In this document: positions 24,801-34,324 of the stretch, piece after piece
Position numbering within the stretch: the first letter of the stretch is position 1
How the letters are laid out: every line of letters starts with the position of its first letter
NCBI GenBank assembly: GCA_008636045.1
Contig: SNRW01000052.1
Span: 1 to 34,324, forward strand
DNA: 34,324 nucleotides
DNA from: Streblomastix strix
Lineage: Eukaryota
Direction: 5' to 3'
Program-made: the position numbers and the translations under genes
The notes under the pieces: generated by a model
Database searches by the model: none
What the model was told of the DNA's origin: nothing
The model's input: the letters and a program-made list of their open reading frames with translations, nothing else

Positions 24801-27800
24801 AGAGAGTTAGTATGGTGAGGAAGATAAAGAAATTGCAGAATTATTTGGCTATTACTATTATTATGAAAAATGAAGAGGTGAAGATTATGAGACTTCTTCT
24901 CTTCTTTATAATAAACCTTCATTTAATTACTAACTTTAAGATTAGATTGGTAATGAATTCTGTTAAAGAGAAATATTCCAACTGTCCTGAGATAAAGACT
25001 ATGGTGATTAGGAAAGTTAAACAGGAGGAGAGTCATACAATAAAGATAAAGCTGGTGTTTATATTGAAAGTGATTAAGAATCATAAGAAGATATGGAGGA
25101 GGATGATGATGATGAAGAAGAAGAAGATGATGTTGATGAAGATGATGAAATTGAAGTCGATAATTATGAAGATTAATATGACTATTGAGAATTTAAAGTA
25201 TTGCTCATTAACTCATTTAATTAAGAAAATTATTCCTAATTCTGATTATTTACCATTATTTCCATTGGCAATCCTTTTTCTTTGCTAATCTCTTTCTCCT
25301 TCTTCTTCTGCAATTCTTTTTCTTTCTTTTATTCTTACTTCATTTACTTCTTCATCTCTTTTTCCAATTTCTTTTATTATTTTACTTCTTTCTTCTTCTT
25401 CTCATCTTCTTCTTTTTATCTTTTCTTTTCCAATTCCTTCTCCTTCTTTTCTTTTTCTATTTCTTTCTTGTCTTTCTTGTTAATCATTATTTCATTTTCC
25501 TTTCTTTAATCTGCTTCTTTATCTTCTTTTTATTATTTAAATCTTTCTTTTTATAATTATTAACAATAATCTTCATTTTCGATATCTTCTGACCAGTTAA
25601 TTAAGTCTAAATTCATTAATTTTCTATCTGCATGAATACCAAGTCTTTTTCTATCAAAGAATGGATCAATATATGACATGTATTGATAAGAAGTATCCAA
25701 TTAAGATGAAGAATGAGAATGTGATGAATTTTTATGAGTAGAATATGAAGGTAGTTATGATGATGATGAAGATTTATATAAAGTTATTGGAGAATGTTAA
25801 GATGAGTTTTATTATATTTAAGTTTATTATAACAATTATTTGTATTCGTTTAACTTTTCATCATCTTCATCTATTTAATATCTATATAGTGGAAGAATTG
25901 GAATAAAGCAATTATTGATAAGATATTAAAATTAATTACTTATTATGCTTTATTTTATATATTCTTTAATATTTATATCATTATCATTTTCTGAAAAGTT
26001 CATATTGATTAATTTTTAATTCGTTTGCTGTGGAGGAGAAGATACTGAATAAGATTGTGAACGTGCACGATAAGGAGATTGTTACTGTTTAAATGGACGA
26101 GGAATTCTTAAAGATTAATATTTCTAATAATAATCTTATGATTCTTATGATATTTTAGGAGAAGGAGCAATAGCAACACTATACGCTCTTTGCCTTCCTT
26201 CATTTTCATCCTCTTATTAAAACGGATCTTTAATTTCATTACTTATATTAATATTAATATTTTATTAGATGTTTTTATTATCATCAATAATTTCTTTTTA
26301 TCTATTTTTTTCTATTTGTATTTCCTCATCAATTTATTCAAAATCTGACAAATCCAATTTAGTTGAAAGTCTTTTTTATTTATTAATGTTTGATTAATTA
26401 ATTTTATCATCATTTACGTTTTCAAATGTTTTTTCAAATTTAGACTCTTCACCAATTTCAGACTAAAAATCAACATCTTTTACTTTATCCTGTTCTTCCT
26501 TTTACACATTCCTTTTCTTCTGTTTATTAATATGTGGTATTTTAGAATGTAAAAACAAAGCAGATGAAGCTTTATGATATATTAAATGGAGAATATTAGT
26601 TCGATCCTATAATAATAATCTTTATAACAAAATTGAATCTGGATCTTATCTGTTATTATTTTTGTCTTCATCATCATCATTTTCTACTTGTTCACTAATT
26701 CCCATAAATTTTTTCATCCACAAATCTTAAGGTGAAGTAGGAAGTTTAGAAATAAAAAAATTATTTATTTATTATTGTTATTCAGTTTGCGAAAATTATG
26801 AAGATTGATGTGAAGACTGTGATTAAGATTAATGCATTGTGCTTGGATTAATTGATGGTGAAAGAGAAGGAGAAATTGAATGCTGTTGAGTCTTTTAATT
26901 TGGAGATAATTAATTCAAAGCACCTTTATCTTTCTCTTTACTTTCACTTGCTAATCTCACTTCTATGTTCTTCTTATTCTCACTTTCTTTCTCATGAGTA
27001 TCAATCTTTTGCATTCTCTTTTAAATATTCCAATTTAATTCAGGGTTTTATACAAAAGATTCCGAATATAATTAAGCTGCTAATCTTTCTGAAAAATTAA
27101 TTAATTTATGCTAATAATATTAATTATTAATATAAATATTATTAATATCACTATTCATATCTATTATTTTTGTACTTTTTTTCTTAATTGATTTTAAATT
27201 ATGTTTTTATACTTCTGCTTTATTCTAAAATTCACCCTTATTCATTTCATTATCTATATTACTCATTTAATAGATATTATTTAAGTTATTCATTATAATT
27301 TAAGTGTCATTAATATGTTGATTTAACTAAAACCCATGTTTAATAGAAGAAACAGGTAATGGAGGAGGAAAAGAAAATGAATTATATCTCTTAAAATATA
27401 TTTCTCTTCTTTTTCTTGCTATTAAAGGATCATTTTCTCTTTCATCTAAAGTAAATGAAATTTAATTGGCATGCAATTACATAGATTGTACTTCAAATGT
27501 ATTAACACCGCTCTTTGATAATGATGCTGATTAAGATGACTGAGTCGTTGAATTAGAAGAATAATATGAATTTGATTAAGATGAAATTTATTATTGTTAT
27601 TGAGACAATGACTTTGAAGATTAGATAGAAGGAGGTGGAGATAAAGGTAAAGGAAATGATGATGTTGATGAAGTTGATTATGAATCTTAAGGTATTTGTG
27701 TATTTAATAAATCTTATTTATCGGGTTTAATAGTCTTCTGTTATGATGATGTATTATCAGATATGCTATCTTAATATTATTAATTCTATTAAATAACTTA

Positions 27801-30800
27801 CATATTTGGATATAAAGTCAACCCTGTAACATTTAACATTTCAGCAGAAAATGAAAATTATTTAACTATTCCTGCCATCTTCATAGGCAAATATTTAACC
27901 TTCTTTATTTTATCTCCATTTTAATCAACATCTGTTTTATTCATTCTTTATAACTTATAAATATTCCCTTATTCATCATCATCCTCTTCTTCATCTTCTT
28001 CGCTTCCTTCATCTTCTCCTTCATGACCATCTCTCCCCTTTCTGGTTTTCTTCTGCCATCCTTGGGCCAATTTAAGTGCTTATTTCTCAATTGACATGGA
28101 CGACCTTTCCAATTTCAATATTTCTTCTTTTATTTAATTATTTACTTAATTCAGTTACTGCGAAATATTGTTCTATTTAATGTGATTAGGTTATAATTAT
28201 ATTTTACTTTTAGATTAACGAAGATCTTGTTAATTATCTTTCTCTATTTATTTATCTTCTTTATTATCATCATTCTTATTATTTTTATCGCTTTCATTCT
28301 TTTTCTTTTTCTTTTGTTTCTCTTTTTCTATTCCCATGTGCATACACACATGAATATCACTTATATTAATCTTTACAAGTATAGTTGAAATAATTTCAAA
28401 TATGCTTTGATTAATGTTATTATTAATTTAATTTTTAATGTTATTTTTATAATTATTAGAATCTTGCTTTATTATTTACTATTATGATTAAGATTATAAA
28501 GATGATAGAGAAAGTGGATAATAAGTTAATTATTATTGAGTTTAAGAATATATTTATTATTATTATGATGATGATAGCTAAGGTAAAAATGACTATAGAG
28601 ATGAATAATTTAAATCGCCTTAAGATTTAAAATTCTTTTAATATAATGATGGTAAAGTTTGCGTAAAATTAATATCTTTATTATTATTTATATTATATTT
28701 TAAATTTGCATTTAAATTCATCTGTTATTACAATGATAACTCCTTTTCTTTCTCTTTATCTTTCTCCAATTCCTTCTCTTTTTCTTCAATTTATTTATTT
28801 GACTATTATAGTAATGAATTAAATTAGTCTCTCAGTTCTCTCAATTTTGAACTCCATTCTCCTTCTCCCCAAAATTAATGAGGAATTTAAAATGGAAATA
28901 GATGAAGAGTTGTCAAAATTGATTAACTATTTTATTTATTATTTTATTTATTCTAATTAATGTTATTATGTTTTTCTAACAAATGTTTATTTTTCTTATT
29001 CATGTGTTATTTCTCTTCTGCATCATTCATATTCTTTATTAAATTCATCATGCCAATTGGTTTCCTTTAAAATAAATAATCAGAATCATCTTCATCTTTC
29101 CCATTTCCATTTAAATCAGGATTATCCAAAATTTTGGGGATTTTCAAATTTTGCTGTTGCAAGAATAAAGGTGAGTTAATCAATTATGAATAAACAGATA
29201 GCAACCATACAACTCCATCAATAGTTGTGTGAATTTATGGCAATTGCAATTATGATGACGGAATGAATGAATTAAGCGACTGAGTGAATAAAGTCCCTGG
29301 CGGCAGAAGGAATTATGAAGAAGATAAAAATGAAATGGATGATTATTTCGATCTGCTGTTTATTATCATGCTTTATTCGAGTTCTTCCATTTCATCGAAA
29401 TCCTCCACCTCTTCTTTTTCTACTTTTTCTTCTCTATTTTATATTTCTCTTCCTATTTCTCTTCCTCTTCCATATATTTATTCATATTCTTAATTACACA
29501 ACACAACAAATTTTTATTCATATTTTTTCAGTAGTTCATATTTAATATTTTATAAACGTTCATGCAATTCTTTAATTATTAATATGATATCATTCTAATT
29601 TTATTTTTATTAATTATATTATTCATTAATACTCTAATTGGGTAAAGGAGAAGGAGTATCAGGAGGAATAACAAAATATTGAGTTGGTGTTTGAGTTGAA
29701 AATGATTATTATTTTTTCAATTGTTTTTGCTGTGGTGATTCAGATGGAGAAAGTGGGGGAGTAAAGACTGATACTTATAAGGGTGACATTGGCATATATT
29801 TTGATGGAGAAAATACTGACTATGAAGTCTATTATTATTATATCTATTAGGGTTGATCATGAATAGAATGAAGTGATAATGGAGGGGGATGAACAGAGAA
29901 TTCAGGATTTTATTGGGCTTCTATCTTTTCTGATTATGCTATATTTCTATTGTTATAAAAATTGTTGCTTATGTAATTTGACAATACAGGTGTTTTACGA
30001 AGAGAATGTGTTTGTGTTTAATATGATTATTCTGGGTTTAGAAAAGGTGATTTAATCTGTTATTACTGTGATTGTGTATTTGTCTAAGACATTGAATGAG
30101 AACGTGAATGCATGTGAGTGGCTAATTGCAAAGGAGGTGAAGAAGAGGAAGTAGTTGAAGGAGATGGAATGATTGGTGACGTGGTTGGAACTGGATTGGT
30201 CAGATTCCACATGGCTTATCCGGTCAATGCATTTTACACAGTCTCGGGAGATAAATTTTCTGATTCAGAAATAATGTCTAATTTATTACTCATTTTTAAC
30301 TCTCTTTCTCTAAAAATATCTTTATTTAATGGAGATAATTAAGTTAATGATTTTCTTGTCTGTTATGTTTTCGATGCAATATGCAACGGCGATTAGATTT
30401 ACTATTATTATTAATATTAATGTTATTAAAACCTAGGTGATTGTTATTGAAATATAAATTGATTTTATTAATATTCTTCTTATTATTTTTATTATTGCAA
30501 TAATTGTTATTATTATTTTTAATCGTTTAATTCAATACTTGTATTAAAAGTAGTTTCCATTATGACTGGTTATTACTCATTTTATTGAGTAGAATATAAT
30601 GACGCCTATATTCCTGCTTTTAAATCTGTGAATGGATTTGCATTTGATTGTTATTCAGTTGGTTTGTATTGTTCAGATTATTGTTATTATAATTATGGAA
30701 TTGATGATTAAGATGATTAATGATTAATATCATCATCTTTTGCAATCATTATTTATTATGTATGTTATTAAAATGAAGGTGAAGAAGGAGGAACATAAAT

Positions 30801-33800
30801 GAGTTATGATTCTTCTTTCAAAACTATACCCGATTCAACATTTTACAATTAATTTTCATTTTTATTCTTATTCTTATTTTATTCATTACTATCATTATCA
30901 TTACTACTACTATTCAATGTTTCATTACTATCAAGATCAAGTTCTAGAGCCAAATCATCTTTTTCAGTTACTTATTATTAGCGTAACTATGAATATGATG
31001 TTGATAAAGATAATGAAGATTGTTGTTATGTCTATTGTGATTATTGAGATTATATTGTAGAAAGTGAAGAAGACGAAGATGATTATTAAGAAGGTAATGA
31101 GAGAGGAGGTATTATAACCCGAGGAGGTGTTTAAGATGAAGTTGGTTGATATGGTAAAGAAGATAATTAGGGAGATTGTTTTGAAAAAGATAATTATGCA
31201 TTTTAATTATTTGTATTATTCATGTTGTTATTAATGGAAGGTAATAGAAAATGTTATTATTTATCTTTGTTATTTTATGTATTTAACACAAGAGTAGGAG
31301 GAAAAGCAGGAGAAAGAGCTTGAACTGAAATTTATGCAAATGCAGGAATAATATTCTATTATTTCTTATTTTAATCTTTAATTAAATCTTCATTAATCAT
31401 TTCTTCTTTTTATTTTTCATCAAATTATTCTAAAGTTAATTGTATTGTTTATTATTATTATATTGTTTATTAATTCAATTATTATTCTTATTATTAGAAT
31501 TGCTATGTGTGTTTATCTTACATCTGTTGTTTTTATTACAATTAGTTCTAAGATTGTTATAAACGGTTTGTACTGTCAGATGTAGATGAAGGGAAAGGTT
31601 GAATTTATTAGTAATAATAAGAGTAAGAAGTTGGAGACAAAGGAGTATGTGTAGGAGGAGATGATTGAGGTTGTTACAAATGAGAAGGCAAAATAGGATT
31701 ATAAGAAGGAAATTAAGATAAAGAATTAGTAGATGTAATAAATGTATTATGTGGAAGAGATGAAGATGAAGAAACATTAACTGTAAGAGATGGACGGTTG
31801 CGAGTAGTTTGAACAGATATAACAGAAGGAAGCAAACCTTAAGAAGAAGAATGCATAGTTGATATAGAAGAAGATGAAGAAGAAGAAGATGATGAAGAAG
31901 AAGAAGGTGATGAAGAAGAAGAAGGTGATGAAGAAGAAGATGATGAAGGAGGAAGAGGAGGAAGTGAAATATTATGACGATATGGAGAATGTAAGCTTGT
32001 ATTATGAGATGGTTATGAAGATGGGGAATTCATTTAAATTGTTTATTATTAACTTTATTCTTATATTTATTGTTATTTAATTTCATTTTCATATTTAATT
32101 GTTTCTTTTATACTCTAAGGATCATTTAAAGAGAAAGCAGGAGGGCGAGGTAATGAAAATGAAACACTATTTTAGTCAAGTGGGGATAGATATGGAAGAG
32201 AATTTTATTATGATTATGCTTTAGGAGGAGAAGAACTTGGATTCTATGATGAAGGAAGCAAAAAAGGAGATTTAAGACTAGAGACAGGCTTAGTATAGGA
32301 AAATGAAGGAGATTGTTATGGCAACAACAATGGAGTTTTTTATTTAGATTATTATGCTTATTTAATTATTAATGTTGGTTTATGAGCTGGTGAAGGTACT
32401 GATTAGAGAGAAGAAGTAGATGATTAACTTTTGGATAGAGAGTGCGGAGCAAATAATTGTTGAATTTATTATTATTTAAAATCTAGAATTTAATTATCAG
32501 AACTATCGATATTTTATATATTAATACCTTATTTTTACATTATTTCATTTAAAATATTGACTGTTTATTAAAACTGGTTAGTGTTTTCTTGTTATTACTA
32601 TAAAATTTATTATTAATGTTATATTTAATTCCTTATATCTTTTTGTTATTATTTGACTTCTTCCTGATAATCTTTGACAATTTATTTTCTTATATTATTT
32701 TGAATTTAAATATAGTTATAAAAGTGATCTAAAGGCAGCATAATTCCATCTTTGTAATGTATTAGTGATTATTAAGAGGACAAAAATGATTGAGCTAAAT
32801 TATGCTGAAATTATAAAGGTCTTATTTATATTTCACCTTTGAAAGATAATGCAGTAGTTCTAAAGAGTAATAGAGGATCAAAATATTATTGTTCTAATTG
32901 TTTCTATTGTAATATTACTAATTGCTATGAATTTAAATTCTACAAAGATTATTGATTATTTTCAATACTATTATTATTTTATGAATTATTGTTAAATAGA
33001 TTTTAATGCTATTTTAATGGGATCCGAATTGATGGGGTAAAATCATATCCAGAATCACTCCAATAAATTTCTCTATTAAAAAATTAATATTATTAATTTA
33101 ATTTTCCCATCTCTTATTCATTTTTTTCTTCCTCTTCAGATTTCTAATCAATTTTATTACCTTTTTTACTTTTTTTCTCTTATTCAATATATTTAATCAT
33201 CTATTAACTAACATAACTTGGAGGAACCATAACAGTGATCCAATCTTTACAATAGAAATAATGGTCAATATAGTAATCGCCCTCGTATCCTTTGTATGTA
33301 TGATGCTATTATGGAGATATTGGTGTAATTAACTGTGATATTAATTGTGGAATTGAAGGAATTGCAGATTATTGAGATTAAGCTGATTGGTTTGTATATT
33401 AATATAATTGTTTTTAGGGAGAGGGAGTAAATGTATATTATGGAGAAATGGCTGGAGATGATTAATAAACAGATTAAATAGGGTCAAAAACGGATTAATT
33501 CTATAAAGAAGCAGTAGGTAATAGATAAGATGTTTATGATAAATGTGAAAATGGATTATTGAACGAATATTTTGGAGAAATTGGAGAATGTTATAAATAA
33601 TTCAAGTTTGGCTATTATAGAAGAGATGGAGAAGAAGATGATGCTATCTATGATATATTGGGATATATTGGTACGTTTATTCGTTATTATTATTATTACT
33701 ACTACAGATTTGGAACCACTTTTAATGGTTTCATTCCAATAAATTATTTTATTTGTTCATCAATCTATTCTACATATTCATATGTATGATTTGCTATTAT

Positions 33801-34322
33801 TTTTTTATTGTCATTCAATTCATCTGTAACAATATCATTATCATCATCATTCTCTCTCCTATAATCAGTCAATTTCTCAATTTCTTTATTTCTGCAATCT
33901 TTGAATTGATTAGTGTTCATGTGTATTCCCCTATTCAGTTAATTGGCAAAATGTACCCTTAACTTTCCTTGCATAGAAGGTATCATGAATGAGAATAAAC
34001 ATCCTTCTTTACTTCCTGCAAACGGGGAATGTGTTGTTTATTATTCTTACCATTATTATATTTATTCTTAGATTAATTTCTAGTATGAATTAAATAGCGA
34101 TTAAGATTTTGACGAATAAGAATATGCGCCAGAACAACGAGCAGAGAAAATTGGAGGACCAAATAGTAACTATTTAAATAATTTCTCATTTTCTATGTTC
34201 ATCAGATTCTCTAAAATAATATTTAAAGACTTCGTGTCTTTATCTTCTTAATTTGCATCTTCGCTATTTTTCAGTGGTTATTATTATTCTATTGCACTCT
34301 TAGATTAATTTCTATCAGTACT
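15819..34322 (-). CDS. BLTP2: Giant bridge-like lipid transfer protein of the BLTP2/KIAA0100/Hobbit/Fmp27/SABRE family, partial at both ends (6168 codons visible, no intron needed)
   Basis: One minus-strand frame has no TGA across 18,504 nt. Ordered blocks resemble the family as I recall it: FDPLLLFRTTALSFKGEI (~32829-32882), IIVRVDGVRAVFSNEMRDSL (~23724-23787), MILDVTNVQIQIVDKNVQGFMLVTAEVLRL (~22263-22352), LDENQFEILTKLITSVLL (~21009-21062), SDHLEWKLILEEKPVIQFQLEF (~19734-19799), VLRIIAIQRAPVAGQTVYDQLEINLTSLEARITFDMYGIMRSYFFP (~17778-17918) and the Apt1-like end QMKHRAKKYVVFNFINMRLEEMLLSY...IKPIVYH (~15966-16133). Long Q/S/P/N/K/E tracts separate the blocks. Confidence 0.85.
31866..31968 (-). 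repeat. Ser/Pro-rich coding microsatellite with 18-bp periodicity inside the BLTP2-like gene
   Basis: The + strand shows repeated gatgaagaagaagaaggt units, which encode SLPPLPPSSSSSSSPSSSSSPSSSS... on the minus strand. Confidence 0.75.
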
Positions 34323-34324
34323 CT

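Noticed and set aside
1457..33962. Most ORFs in the supplied track (F/L/I-rich membrane-like or poly-K/M peptides such as 7589-7882, 7882-8307, 24812-25288, 31874-32080)
   Set aside because: They are antisense or off-frame shadows of low-complexity coding DNA under the wrong code. Only 2897-3133, 7172-7363, 15648-16139 (part above the gap), 19749-19937 and 23301-23492 are fragments of real frames.
1..34324. Reassignment of all three stop codons (TGA=Trp), as in Blastocrithidia or Condylostoma
   Set aside because: Only one clear internal TGA was found. The 6168-codon and 1394-codon frames have none, use TGG for Trp, and complete genes end in TGA.
1..34324. Pseudogene field or non-coding (TAA)n/(TTA)n microsatellite DNA
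   Set aside because: The TAA runs are in-frame poly-Gln tracts within long TGA-free frames that carry intact conserved motifs.
1..34324. CRISPR arrays, transposons, tRNA or rRNA genes, prokaryotic operons
   Set aside because: I saw no spaced direct repeats, terminal inverted repeats, transposase or reverse-transcriptase motifs, or structured RNA signatures. Intergenic regions are short and AT-rich. A covariance-model search was not possible.

Overview
AT-rich eukaryotic (protist) genomic DNA that uses a non-standard nuclear code: TAA and TAG encode Gln and TGA is the only stop (translation table 6). Most of the supplied ORF track is therefore artefactual. I translated the window by hand with TAR=Gln and short GT-AG introns and found seven protein-coding genes. 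(1) The 3' part of an S/P/Q/N low-complexity protein (+, <1-2019). (2) A 6-exon gene of about 1088 codons with a degenerate, insertion-riddled kinase-like fold and one in-frame TGA (+, 2921-6585). (3) A 1394-aa UIM + C2HC zinc finger + HECT E3 ubiquitin ligase (-, 6806-11068). (4) A probably secreted chagasin/I42-family cysteine-peptidase inhibitor (+, 11686-12122). (5) A hypothetical protein with an ambiguous last exon (-, ~12772-13606). (6) A WBP4/FBP21-like U1-type zinc finger + WW splicing factor (+, 14383-15743). (7) After a 49-N gap, an uninterrupted 18.5-kb open frame of 6168 codons, incomplete at both ends, encoding the C-terminal part of a greatly expanded BLTP2/Hobbit/Fmp27/SABRE lipid-transfer protein (-, 15819-34322). 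The code, intron style and low-complexity inserts suggest an oxymonad such as Streblomastix; this is inference, not verified. All five start codons in the window have an AG 1-7 nt upstream, usually after a T-rich tract, and all nine predicted coding-region introns begin GT(A/T)T. No database searches were run; family assignments rest on motifs I recall.
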